Source: Actinomycetota bacterium (lineage in GTDB: Bacteria > Actinomycetota > Acidimicrobiia > Acidimicrobiales > JACDEA01). From it: a stretch of DNA of 54,920 bases. The notes beneath the pieces are model-generated. The model was not told where the DNA came from. It did no database searches and saw nothing but the letters and a program-made list of their open reading frames with translations. This document shows positions 9,080 through 18,483 of the stretch, one piece after another (positions within the stretch are counted from its first letter, which is position 1; every line of letters begins with the position of its first letter). The stretch covers positions 1 through 54,920 of the forward strand of contig JACDEA010000001.1 of NCBI GenBank assembly GCA_013816725.1, in the 5' to 3' direction. The translations under genes and the position numbers were made by a program.

Positions 9080-9112
9080 GTGGCACGGCAGTGGCACGGC
9101 AGTGGCACGGCT
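9080..9112. repeat. 3 x 11-nt perfect tandem repeat (gtggcacggca)
   Basis: Read directly: gtggcacggca gtggcacggca gtggcacggc. It abuts the stop codon of the Fic gene (9111-9113). Confidence 0.9.
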
Positions 9113-10334
9113 ACGTCGCCCGGGTCGGTCGGAACAGAATGTCCAGCACGGCGGGTGCCTGGAACACGCGGTTGTAGCTGCGGCCGGTCACCTCCTCGAG
9201 CACCCCGAGCTGGACAAGGCGCGCGACGGCGCTGTTCGCGGCCTGGTTCGTGACGTGATGCGCCTCCGCGACGGCCTTGACCGTCACCGACGGATGCTCG
9301 ATCAGCTTGGCGGTCACGTCCAGCGCGACTCCCTTGACGCGCTCCTTCTTGAGGAGCGCAAGCTTTCCGTCGCGCCACCCGAGCAGGTCGCGGATGCGTG
9401 CTTCGCCGTCGATCGCCTGAGCAGCGAGAGCCTCGCAGACAAACTGCACCCAGTCGTCGAAGGACCCGGTCGCGCTGACCTCACGGAGCAGGTGTCGGTA
9501 CTGATCCGCGCGGACCTCGAAGTATGGCGAAAGGTTGATGAGGGGCTCGCCGAGGAGCCTGTATTCGATGAGCTGGAGGATCGCCAGCAGCCGGCCGATG
9601 CGACCGTTGCCGTCCGTGAAGGGATGCAGGGCTTCAAACTGGTAGTGCGACAGCGCGACTCGGATGACGGGGTGTAGGTCGGTCGCGCCGTGGATCCAAC
9701 GCTCCCACGCGGTGAGCCCGTCCGTCAGGTGTTGGCCGGCGGGTGGCGGGATGAAGTGCGCCTCTCGGACGCTGCATCCCTTGTAGGGGCCGATGATCAC
9801 CTGAGTCTCACGCACGCGGCCCGTCTGCCAGTCCTCGCTGGGCGTGCCCCGAACCAGGATCTCTTGGAGCTCGCACGCGAGGCGCGTGCACACGGGCAGA
9901 TCGCGGAGGCGCTCGATCCCGTGCTCGGTCGCGCGGATGAAGTTGAGCACCTCCACCACGGCCTGACTCCGTGGGCGGTCCTCATCGACCTCCGAGCTGA
10001 GAACCTCTGCCGCTGGAGCGAACGTGCCCTCGAGTGCCGAGGTGCTGACGGCCTCTCGCCGGATCGTTGGCCTCGACACGAGAGTCGGGTTCGGCAAGAG
10101 CTCACGCGCGATCGCGTCGAGCCGGCCCAAGCGGTGCCCAGCATCGATCGCCGCCGTCCACGCTGCCGGTCGCAGCTGGATCTCTTCGGGCAATGGCGAC
10201 GGGACGAACGCGACGTGGTCAACTGACTTGCCACCCTCCTCGACCTGGATCGGGACAAGCCGGCCGACGGGTGACTTCCGGAAGCTTTCCTCGTTCACAA
10301 ACTCAAGGTTAGCCGTTGCATACTTGAGTTTCAT
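9111..10334 (-). CDS. Fic/DOC family protein (AMPylase-type) with C-terminal wHTH-like tail
   Basis: Canonical Fic motif 'HPFTDGNGRIGRLL'. 407 aa. C-terminal 'VTNQAANSAVARLVQLGVLEEV' looks like a winged helix. Confidence 0.9.
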   Translation of the reverse strand: MKLKYATANLEFVNEESFRKSPVGRLVPIQVEEGGKSVDHVAFVPSPLPEEIQLRPAAWTAAIDAGHRLGRLDAIARELLPNPTLVSRPTIRREAVSTSALEGTFAPAAEVLSSEVDEDRPRSQAVVEVLNFIRATEHGIERLRDLPVCTRLACELQEILVRGTPSEDWQTGRVRETQVIIGPYKGCSVREAHFIPPPAGQHLTDGLTAWERWIHGATDLHPVIRVALSHYQFEALHPFTDGNGRIGRLLAILQLIEYRLLGEPLINLSPYFEVRADQYRHLLREVSATGSFDDWVQFVCEALAAQAIDGEARIRDLLGWRDGKLALLKKERVKGVALDVTAKLIEHPSVTVKAVAEAHHVTNQAANSAVARLVQLGVLEEVTGRSYNRVFQAPAVLDILFRPTRAT

Positions 10335-10662
10335 CCCTGTAATCTCGCCTACGCCGAGGGAGTCGGCTCCGGGTTATCAAAGCTCACCGCAGCAGCCTTG
10401 AGATCGGCCCGGTGGATATCAAGTCACCGAGGAACGCCGTAGGCATCATCGATGAGGATCGGCAGTGGTCCGCCGTCTGTAGGAGGAGGCATGACCTGTC
10501 GGATACCTCGCCCGCCCCGATCAAGGCGGGGTTCCCAACTTCTGTCCGCACTGTGGCGCACCCGTCGGAACCCGGTGCGAGAGCTGCGACGCGCGCCTTC
10601 CCGGGGCTACCGGGGAGTCCTGGTCGCCGCCACCGGTAGCCCGGCGGTTGGCCCTACGGTGG

Positions 10663-10926
10663 ATGATGGTGATCACCGACGAGGAGCTTTCTGCCATCGC
10701 GTTGGCCGCGACATCGGAACCTCCTGTTCCCGACGACGCCGTCGCGTTGTGGGAGCTCCTCGACGCCGAAGCGCCGCTGGTTTCGTCGTGGTACATGCCG
10801 GCACCGGCCGGCCATCGACGTCTCACCGGCTGGCGCCGGAACCTCGTCCTGTTCCTCGTCGGTGTGTTCCTACTGATCGAGGCCGTCGGGCTCTGCAGCG
10901 CATACGGCGCGGTCGTCATCGGCTGA
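10663..10926 (+). CDS. Small membrane-anchored hypothetical protein
   Basis: 'MMVITDEELSAIALAA...WYMPAP...RR' followed by a hydrophobic helix 'LVLFLVGVFLLIEAVGLC'. Pattern common in actinobacterial small proteins. Confidence 0.45.
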   Translation: MMVITDEELSAIALAATSEPPVPDDAVALWELLDAEAPLVSSWYMPAPAGHRRLTGWRRNLVLFLVGVFLLIEAVGLCSAYGAVVIG

Positions 10927-10982
10927 GCCCGGCGAGCTCGATGGCGACACGCGCGACGATCCGCTCGTATCGCACGGCGGGT

Positions 10983-11408
10983 CTACCGAGCGCCGTCGGC
11001 CTTGGCGATCCGCCGGGAAAGAAGTATCCAAGCGATGCAGCCCGATACAGCCGGAGCGAGACTGGACATCGCACCGCGAGCAATGCCCTTGCGGGTGACG
11101 ATCGCCCCCACCAGGATCGCCGCATCACCGGCATCGACCATCGCATTGTGGCTGGCAAGCTCAGCTATACGAGTCGGATTCTCCGCCGCGTGCCAGACCT
11201 GCACTCCCAGTGCGATGTCGCGAATCCCGAACAGCCGGCCCATCACCCGAGCCGTAGCGTTGTCGTGGGCTGCGGGAAATCCGAGGAGCCTTGAGAACTG
11301 TCCCGGCAGCACAATGGCCACGGCACCAATGATCACCCGTCCGATCGCGAACCTGCGGGCTAGGCGCGCTGTGGTGGGGCGAGTCCGCCGCTGTGTGCGC
11401 TGGGCCAT
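10983..11408 (-). CDS. Hypothetical membrane protein
   Basis: From the internal ATG at 11408: 'MAQRTQRRTRPTTARLARRFAIGRVIIGAVAIVLP' plus further hydrophobic segments. The long upstream extension in the track is Pro/Arg-rich and unlikely to be coding. Confidence 0.45.
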   Translation of the reverse strand: MAQRTQRRTRPTTARLARRFAIGRVIIGAVAIVLPGQFSRLLGFPAAHDNATARVMGRLFGIRDIALGVQVWHAAENPTRIAELASHNAMVDAGDAAILVGAIVTRKGIARGAMSSLAPAVSGCIAWILLSRRIAKADGAR

Positions 11409-11415
11409 ACCGACG

Positions 11416-11976
11416 TCAGGGTTGGCGGCCGAGGTACCCGGCGGCACGGTCGGCGGGGCACGCCGACGCATCGACCTCGACAATCGGACCGAACGGAGCG
11501 CCCTCAGGACCGCGGAACTGGTCCGGAATCATCGCGGCGCCAAGGATCGCCGAGGCGATCGCCGGGTCCAGATCGGTGGATTCGCCAAGCGCCTTCGCCA
11601 GGTCCCAGCCGTGGGCGTAGGTATCGGTTGCTGCGATCATGACGAACACCGAGCCGGGGAACTCGCCGAACGGCAGCTTCATGGTCTTCTCCATGACTCC
11701 CGGAGCGCGGAAAGCGGCCACCGCAGCTTGCGCGCCCGACGCGAAGGCGGCGTTGAAGTCTCCCGCGCTGAAGTCCGGCGGCGTGCCTCCACCCTCCGGA
11801 ACTCCTCCGGTTTCGGCAATCCCCGCGAAGAAGTGCGTCCCGCCCACAATGTGGTTGATCAGCTCGCGCACGTTCCACGACGCACAGGGTGTGGGGTCGT
11901 CGAGCTGGTCGGTCTGCACCTTTGCCAGCACGCCAGCCGTGCTGGCGAAAGCTTGCTCAAGAAGATCCACACTCAT
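11416..11976 (-). CDS. DinB/MDMPI-like (TIGR03086-type) metal-binding protein
   Basis: 'QLDDPTPCASWNVRELINHIVGG' is the typical N-terminal signature of mycothiol-dependent isomerase-like DinB-fold proteins. Confidence 0.75.
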   Translation of the reverse strand: MSVDLLEQAFASTAGVLAKVQTDQLDDPTPCASWNVRELINHIVGGTHFFAGIAETGGVPEGGGTPPDFSAGDFNAAFASGAQAAVAAFRAPGVMEKTMKLPFGEFPGSVFVMIAATDTYAHGWDLAKALGESTDLDPAIASAILGAAMIPDQFRGPEGAPFGPIVEVDASACPADRAAGYLGRQP

Positions 11977-12198
11977 GATTCTCCCTCACTTGGTGATCTT
12001 GGCGACGATCGTACGACCCCTCGAGGCACGCGGTTCCGGCAACCGCGCCATCCGTCGAACAACAGCGTGGACTCTCGGTGCGCACCCGGCCGCGGCCGCA
12101 CTCGCGTTCAGCAACGGGACGCACTTGCAGTCGAAGGTGGATCGCAGCTACGAAATGATTAAGACTGATCCTTGCGTAGAGGCCGCTTCTGAGGCACG

Positions 12199-13491
12199 AT
12201 GTTGTTGCGAAGGGATACCGACAGATCCTTTCGTAACGCCTGCTCCACGAAAGGGCTTCCGCTGGCCGAGCTCGTTGACCGGATCTGGGAAGGCAGTGGT
12301 TACGGTGCGCGCCGCGACCGGAAGCCCTTCCGCTATCAGTCATTCGTCCCGAATCCCGTTGGCGACTGGGACCGGCCGCTCGCGCCCCGAGCCGCTCAAG
12401 CCGTTGCTGATGCCACCGCAGCCCTCAGCGGGCTGCAGGTCACCCGACCGGGTCACGACCTCGAGTCCCTTGCCACTCCCCTGCTTCGTTCCGAGGCCCT
12501 CGGCTCGTCATTCATCGAAGGACTCCGCTCGTCGAACAAGCGGCTCGCCCTTGCGGCCTACGAACCCGTGGCCGTCGACCCGATTGCCCGGGCGGTGCTC
12601 GGCAACGTCAGGGCCATGGAGCGCGCCGTCGAGCTAGGTGCGGCAACACGGCGTTTCCGGCTATCTGATCTGCTCGACATCCACCGCACGCTCCTTGAGG
12701 GCACTTCGGAGGAGCGATTCGCCGGGATCATCCGTACCGATCAAAACTGGATCGGCGGGCGTGGCCTCAGCCCCGCCGACGCCACGTTCGTGCCACCGCC
12801 CGAAGACCGCGTGCCAGGGTTGCTCGACGACCTCGTCGCGCTCATCAACCTCGACGATGCACCCGCAGTAGCGCAAGCAGCCGTCGCTCACGCGCAGTTT
12901 GAGACCATCCACCCATTTGGCGACGGCAACGGCCGCACTGGTCGGTGCCTGATCCACGTTGTCTTGCGTCGCCGAGGTGTCGTCCCGCTCGTGGTACCAC
13001 CCGTGAGTGTTGTTCTCGCCACGAACGCGCGTCGGTACATTGCTGGCCTCGTCGATTTCCGCGAAGGTCGCGTCGATGACTGGATCGGCGCGTTTGCCGA
13101 TTCGGTCACAAGCGCGGCTCAAGCGACGAACCGGCTATCTGTTCGGATCGACGCCCTGCTCGAAGTACTGCTTGCGCGTGCTGGCGCACCCCGCACAGAC
13201 TCTGTCGCGCGCCACATCGTTCTCGGTTTACCGGCGCAGCCAGTCGTGAGCGCGGAGGTGGCCGCTGCTCGGCACGCCGTCACGCCGACCGCAGCGCGCG
13301 CCGCGCTCAACCGGCTCGAGGCCGCCGGAGTGCTCGTTCTAACCCGCGTCGGGCGAAGGCGTGACCGAGAATGGATCAGCGACGAGTTGTTCGAACTACT
13401 CGACGCCTTCGAACACGACCTCGGTGAGCTCAGCGAAGAAGGCACTGACCGGCCGATGCCCCGACGAACGCGCCCGCCCCGAAAGAGGTGA
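12199..13491 (+). CDS. Fic/DOC family protein (second paralogue)
   Basis: Fic motif 'HPFGDGNGRTGRCLIHVVL'. 430 aa. C-terminal 'ARAALNRLEAAGVLVLT' is wHTH-like. Confidence 0.9.
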   Translation: MLLRRDTDRSFRNACSTKGLPLAELVDRIWEGSGYGARRDRKPFRYQSFVPNPVGDWDRPLAPRAAQAVADATAALSGLQVTRPGHDLESLATPLLRSEALGSSFIEGLRSSNKRLALAAYEPVAVDPIARAVLGNVRAMERAVELGAATRRFRLSDLLDIHRTLLEGTSEERFAGIIRTDQNWIGGRGLSPADATFVPPPEDRVPGLLDDLVALINLDDAPAVAQAAVAHAQFETIHPFGDGNGRTGRCLIHVVLRRRGVVPLVVPPVSVVLATNARRYIAGLVDFREGRVDDWIGAFADSVTSAAQATNRLSVRIDALLEVLLARAGAPRTDSVARHIVLGLPAQPVVSAEVAAARHAVTPTAARAALNRLEAAGVLVLTRVGRRRDREWISDELFELLDAFEHDLGELSEEGTDRPMPRRTRPPRKR

Positions 13492-13677
13492 CTCCGGGCA
13501 CACTCGTCGGGTAGGCAAACCGCCACGCCGCCAGTGCCCGTTAGCATCCACCGAGGCTGGCCCCCGGCCCCCGTGGGCGTAGCGCGATATCTCTAAGAAT
13601 GCCTAGAGCGGTGTCAGCCGGAGCCGACCTCGCGACCGATGCGCGGCGCTAACCGAGCCCGACGCCGGTGACAGTTC

Positions 13678-15858
13678 TCACCTGTTCCAGTGTCGATGGT
13701 CGCCGAGCGCGGCAAAGAAATCGTCCGGCGACTCGGCGATGCCCAACGCGTTTACCGGCAATCCAATGGCTTCGGCGTTCGGCGCCCCGACGAGTCCGAT
13801 TGTCTTGTGGTGACGAAATGCTTCCTGCACAAACATCGCAGTCGCTTCGTCGGGTTCCATTGCGAGCACGACCCCGTCGTATTCGACGGGGTCGCTGATA
13901 TGCGCCGACCGGTCTATGACCAACCCGTTTGCAAGTTTTCCGAAGTGCGGACCAATCACGATGACCTCGACGCCGAGTGGATCGGCGGCCGCGCGATACG
14001 CGTTCACCGCGCTTGGCTTCGTGTCTTCGTCTACCAACATGGCGACCATTCGGCCGCGGACGACAGGGTCTTGCGGCCGCGTCATGGACAACGCTTCGGA
14101 AGTCATCGCCGGTTCGACCACGGTGCCGCCAGGCGCGGAGATGCCGAGGTGGGCTGCGACCTGTTCTGCGAGGCCAGCGTCGACATTGGCGAGGTTGGCC
14201 ACCATGCGCACCTGAATACCCGGGCTGATGCACTTGCCCAGTTCGAAGCTGAAGGCTCCAGCCACGTGATCTTGCTCCACCGGTGAGAGCGAGCGGAAGA
14301 ACAACGTGGCTTGCGAGAAGTGGTCGTCGAACGAGGCCGGCCGCAGCTTGATTTTCGTCGCGTCGCGGGGCAGCGCCACGGGCGGGTGTGTATACGCGGT
14401 GCCGTCGAGTCGGGCGAAGGGACACCCTCCACCAAGTGAATTCGGCGTGTATGGCGCGACGCCCTGGTGCACCGCCGTCTGGTGGAAGCCGTCTCGGTTG
14501 TTGTCGTTGACCGGCGCGAGCGGACGGTTGATCGGAATCTGGTTGAAGTTCGGTCCACCCAGCCGGGTGATCTGCGTGTCGAGGTAGGAGAACAACCGAG
14601 CGTGCAGCAGAGGGTCGTCGGTGATCGCGATGCCGGGCACGAGGTGGCCGGGATGGAACGCAATCTGTTCCGTCTCAGCGAAGAAGTTGTCAGGGTTACG
14701 CGTCAACGTCATCGTGCCGACGGGGCGGACGGGACAGAGCTCCTCGGGCACGATCTTGGTTGGGTCCAGCAGATCGATGCCTTCGAAGGTTTGGTCGGGC
14801 GTGTCGGGCATCACCTGCACGCCGAGCTCGAACTGCGGAAAGTTGCCCGTTGCCACGCGCGCGTGGAGATCTCGGCGGTGATAGTCGGGGTCGATCCCGC
14901 CAAGCTTCTGGCTCTCCTGCCACACGAGGCCTTGGATTCCGGCGGTCGGCTTCCAGTGCCACTTCACGAGCGAGGTCTCACCCTTCCGGTTGCTCAACCG
15001 GAACGTGTGCACACCGAAGCCCTCCATGGTGGCGTAGCTGCGCGGGATCGCACGATCCGACATCACCCACATCAACATGTGGGTCGACTCGGGCTGAAGG
15101 CTGACGAAATCCCAGAATGTGTCGTGCGCGCTCTGCGCCTGCGGAATCTCCCGGTCGGGTTCGGGCTTCACCGCGTGCACGACGTCGGGAAACTTCAACC
15201 CGTCCTGAATGAAGAACACGGGGATGTTGTTGCCGACGAGATCGAAGTTCCCCTCCGCGGTATAGAACTTCGTCGCGAATCCACGCACGTCGCGGGCGGT
15301 GTCCATCGACCCCCGGGAGCCGGCCACGGTCGAGAACCGCGTGAAGGTGGACGTCGTCGCGCCCTTCTGCAAGAACGCAGCTGCGCAAATGTCGTTCAGC
15401 CCGCCGGTCGCTTCGAATACCCCGTGCGCACCGGCGCCGCGCGCGTGCACCACACGTTCGGGAATGCGTTCGTGGTCGAAGTGGGTGATCCGTTCGCGCA
15501 GATGGAAGTCGTCCATCAAGGTGGGGCCTCGATCGCCCGCCGTCAAGGAATTGTCAGCGTCGTCGACGCGCAAACCTTGCGCAGTGGTGAGCCGATCGCC
15601 AGCCTGCGCCCACGCGGCGGCGGATACGTCGTCGGTCGGGTTCGGGCTTGTGTGCGGCGCGACAAAGCCAGCGGCGCGCGCTGCCTCTGCCCGTGCGACC
15701 GCATTCGCCTTGCCCGTCTTGATCGGCTTGATTGGGGCCGATTGGGTCGAGGCGCTGGTCGCCTCTTCGCGATTCGGTGACCGCGCACCATCTTGAGCAA
15801 TCGGAGCTTTGGACCTATTGGGCCGTGCGGGGGTACGCGGAGATTTGCGCGCAGGCAT
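13678..15858 (-). CDS. katE: Large-subunit (HPII-type) monofunctional catalase
   Basis: 'RERITHFDHERIPERVVHARGAGAHGVFE', 'RFSTVAGSRGS', 'VGNNIPVFFIQD' are catalase core motifs. About 150 aa of DJ-1/PfpI-like C-terminal extension. Start taken at ATG 15858 (MPARKSPRT). Confidence 0.9.
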   Translation of the reverse strand: MPARKSPRTPARPNRSKAPIAQDGARSPNREEATSASTQSAPIKPIKTGKANAVARAEAARAAGFVAPHTSPNPTDDVSAAAWAQAGDRLTTAQGLRVDDADNSLTAGDRGPTLMDDFHLRERITHFDHERIPERVVHARGAGAHGVFEATGGLNDICAAAFLQKGATTSTFTRFSTVAGSRGSMDTARDVRGFATKFYTAEGNFDLVGNNIPVFFIQDGLKFPDVVHAVKPEPDREIPQAQSAHDTFWDFVSLQPESTHMLMWVMSDRAIPRSYATMEGFGVHTFRLSNRKGETSLVKWHWKPTAGIQGLVWQESQKLGGIDPDYHRRDLHARVATGNFPQFELGVQVMPDTPDQTFEGIDLLDPTKIVPEELCPVRPVGTMTLTRNPDNFFAETEQIAFHPGHLVPGIAITDDPLLHARLFSYLDTQITRLGGPNFNQIPINRPLAPVNDNNRDGFHQTAVHQGVAPYTPNSLGGGCPFARLDGTAYTHPPVALPRDATKIKLRPASFDDHFSQATLFFRSLSPVEQDHVAGAFSFELGKCISPGIQVRMVANLANVDAGLAEQVAAHLGISAPGGTVVEPAMTSEALSMTRPQDPVVRGRMVAMLVDEDTKPSAVNAYRAAADPLGVEVIVIGPHFGKLANGLVIDRSAHISDPVEYDGVVLAMEPDEATAMFVQEAFRHHKTIGLVGAPNAEAIGLPVNALGIAESPDDFFAALGDHRHWNR

Positions 15859-16386
15859 GATGCCTCCAGATCTAGGTACTCGGGCCGCGCTGTCGGACCC
15901 GCGATTGTGTGCCCATCGCCTACCCGAAGTCAGCAGCGAGTAAGCGTCGAGAAGAGCGGGTAATGCAGCGTGCTCGCACGACGCACTGACGAAGAGACTC
16001 AGTTCGATCAGGGCAGTACGTGGCACGGAAAGCGCGATGTACGCGTCGACACGGTGCCGGACCCGAAAGTTCAAGCAGCGACAGACGCAATCATCCAGGT
16101 CACCTCGTCGAGAATTTGACGAAGACGACGCCACGAAGTCCAGGCCGTGCGGCCCGGAGATCAAACCGGTACTCGAGTCCCGAGACAGTCGGCCGCGTGA
16201 AACAGAACCGCTGGGTCATGTCCGCGTTGGCGATGCTGCTCGCCGTAGGGTGCCGGAGACTCAGCGTTGTCAGATGACGCTGACGGATGTGGCGACTATC
16301 GCGGAACGGTCATCTAGCGGGCCAGGCGGCGGACTTGATCTCAAGGTACGGGCTCGAAGAAGGCTCGGCGCGGTGAGGGTCGGCGG

Positions 16387-16908
16387 GTGTCGAAGACCGC
16401 ATACATCGACACCAAGACGCTGACGCGCGGCGACAAGTCGGTCACCGTTCAGCTGTACGCACGCAACGGTGCGATCGGGGTTACCGAGGTGCGCGACGGC
16501 GAACTCGAATTCATCGAGCTGCGCCGCGTCCGCACGAACCGGATCGCCGACAAAGGCGCGTTCCGTTGGTACAACGACTACGCGCTCCCGGAGTCCCACG
16601 GCGGCGGCACGGTGTCGGTTCGTCTCCACGGTGACAAGAGCGACAGGGCGCGGCGGTTGAACCGAACCGAGAACGTGCGGCCGATCCCTCCTGGGGATCC
16701 CGATTTCCAGCGGCTGTTCCGCATCCGCAACGACGCCGAGTCAATCAACCGCGGGATCGAGGACAGCCTCTACATCGGCCGCGCCCACAGCGTCGGAAGC
16801 AAGCGCCAGCTGCTGAACCTGCTCGGCTACGCGCTGATGGTCAACGGCATCGCGACGCTGCACCACCGCCGGCGGCTCGAGCAGCCGCCAACCGACCTCG
16901 CCGCGTAG
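16387..16908 (+). CDS. Hypothetical protein, possibly transposase/recombinase-related
   Basis: 173-aa ORF with 'RNDAESINRGIEDSLYIGRAHSVGSKRQLLNLLGYALMVN'. The family is not securely recognised. The last ~70 nt have a diverged copy at 8698-8775. Confidence 0.5.
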   Translation: MSKTAYIDTKTLTRGDKSVTVQLYARNGAIGVTEVRDGELEFIELRRVRTNRIADKGAFRWYNDYALPESHGGGTVSVRLHGDKSDRARRLNRTENVRPIPPGDPDFQRLFRIRNDAESINRGIEDSLYIGRAHSVGSKRQLLNLLGYALMVNGIATLHHRRRLEQPPTDLAA

Positions 16909-17115
16909 GCCTCCGCCGACAAACCCGGTCACCACGCCCGGGCTCTGACGCGTCCGGAGTCGGGTCGCGCGCACCAAGTTGGGTGTTCACAGGCTCGCTG
17001 CGCCCGAACACCTAGCATCAGCATCGCTGTCGGATGCCCGTCACGAGGTTTTGTGCCGCGTTTTCTACAGCCCCCGCCCCCGTAGCTCAGGGGATAGAGC
17101 ATCGGTTTCCTAAAC
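16838..17115 (+). repeat. Copy R2 of the flank + tRNA 5' half block (partner of 8698-8985)
   Basis: See 8698-8985. This copy contains the functional tRNA 5' half. Confidence 0.7.
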
Positions 17116-17147
17116 CGTGTGCGGAGGTTCGAATCCTCCCGGGGGCG
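17076..17147 (+). tRNA. tRNA-Arg (anticodon CCT)
   Basis: Folds by hand: GCCCCCG-TA-GCTC-AGGGGATA-GAGC-A-TCGGT-TTCCTAA-ACCGT-GTGC-GGAGG-TTCGAAT-CCTCC-CGGGGGC-G. 72 nt, no encoded CCA. Confidence 0.9.
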
Positions 17148-17259
17148 CAAGAATAAGTGCAGGTCACAGCGACTTTCTAGGGTGGCTGTAAGGTTCGCTG
17201 AGCCGAGCTGCCCATCCGAATCGCCACTCTTGCCCATCCGATGCGCGATGATGTCAGGC

Positions 17260-18456
17260 ATGGCCGGATCGATCCGCCAGCGAGGAAAGCAGTCGTGGGA
17301 GGTGCGTTCCTTCGTCGGCAAGGACCCGGTCACCGGCAAGAAGCAGTACATAACCAAGACGATCCGAGGCGAGCGCCGCGAGGCCGAGGTCGCGCTCGGC
17401 CGCATGCTCGGCGAGATCGAAGACGGCCAGTACGCCGTGCGCGCCGGCACCGTCGGCGAGCTGTGCGAGAAGTGGTTCGCCCAGGCCGAGCCCGACCTGT
17501 CGCCCTCGGTGGCACCGGAGTATCGCCGGCTGCTCGACAACCGGATCCTTCCTCGCTGGGGCAAGGTTCCGCTGCGCAGGCTCCGCACTGCCGACTTCGA
17601 CCTCTGGTACGCCGAGCTTCGACGCAAGGGTGCGCTCAACGGCGGTCCGCTCGCACCCAACTCGGTGATGCGGATCCACTCCGTGCTCCGACGCGCCCTG
17701 GGCCAGGGAGTCAAGTGGGGTTGGATCACGACGAACGCGGCAGCGAACGCATCGCCCCCGCGTGCGCGCAAGCAGCAGCTGAACCTTCCCGACCCTGCCG
17801 ACGTCGGCCGCCTTATCGAGGCAGCCGCGAGCATCAACCGGTCGCTACCGACCTACTTCCGTCTCGCCGCGGCCACGGGCGCGCGCCGCGGTGAGATCTG
17901 CGCGCTGCGTTGGAAGCACGTCGACTTCGAACGGCGCCGTCTCACAATCGCGCGCGGCATCGTCGAAGCCGGAGGCGAGCTGATCGAGAAGGACACGAAG
18001 ACTCACCAGGTACGGAAACTGTCCCTCGACGAGGAGACCGCCGCCGTTGTCCTCGCGCATCGGGACCGCTGCGCCGAGCTGGCGGAGCAGTGCGGTGCCG
18101 CCCTGTCGCCCAACGCGTTTGTGTTCTCGCACGAGGTCGACTTCTCGAAGCCCTGGCGCCCCGGCTACGCCACGCTCGCCTTCGGTCGGTTACGTGACGA
18201 GCTCGGCCTCAAGGGCGTGAAGCTGCATCACCTCCGCCACTTCAGCGCAACGCAGCTCCTGTCGCTCGGCATCGACATCCGCACCGTCAGCGGCCGCCTC
18301 GGTCACGCCAACGCGTCGACGACCCTCGACATCTACGCCCATTTCGTCGAGCAAGCCGATGAGCGGGCGGCGACCGCACTTGGCAGCGTGCTCGCAGGCG
18401 GTCCTGTGAGCGACGCCGGTAGTGAGACACCGAACATCACCGGCCCAAGCGGCTGA
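17260..18456 (+). CDS. Tyrosine recombinase / phage-type integrase
   Basis: 'MAGSIRQRGKQSWEVRSFVGKDPVTGKKQY' SAM-like N-terminus. 'ATGARRGEICALRW', 'HHLRHFSATQLL', 'LGHANASTTLDIYAH' form the R..H-x-x-R..Y catalytic set. Start upstream of 17260 rejected because it overlaps the tRNA. Confidence 0.9.
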   Translation: MAGSIRQRGKQSWEVRSFVGKDPVTGKKQYITKTIRGERREAEVALGRMLGEIEDGQYAVRAGTVGELCEKWFAQAEPDLSPSVAPEYRRLLDNRILPRWGKVPLRRLRTADFDLWYAELRRKGALNGGPLAPNSVMRIHSVLRRALGQGVKWGWITTNAAANASPPRARKQQLNLPDPADVGRLIEAAASINRSLPTYFRLAAATGARRGEICALRWKHVDFERRRLTIARGIVEAGGELIEKDTKTHQVRKLSLDEETAAVVLAHRDRCAELAEQCGAALSPNAFVFSHEVDFSKPWRPGYATLAFGRLRDELGLKGVKLHHLRHFSATQLLSLGIDIRTVSGRLGHANASTTLDIYAHFVEQADERAATALGSVLAGGPVSDAGSETPNITGPSG

Positions 18457-18483
18457 TGCCAACAGACCGTAGGGTCAAAGCCA

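Noticed and set aside
10452-12637. Overlapping plus-strand ORFs 10452..11294, 11002..12162 and 11639..12637
   Set aside because: Arg/Pro/Ser-rich, mutually overlapping and antisense to the better-supported minus-strand genes (membrane protein, DinB-like).
13649-15780. ORFs 13649..14425 (-) and 14467..15780 (+), plus the N-terminal 102 aa of the 828-aa catalase ORF
   Set aside because: They are alternative frames or antisense of katE. The catalase start is better placed at ATG 15858, since the upstream extension has no catalase similarity.
16929-17837. 302-aa minus-strand ORF
   Set aside because: It reads through the tRNA-Arg gene ('...REDSNLRTRFRKPMLYPLSYGG' is the tRNA antisense translation) and is antisense to the integrase.
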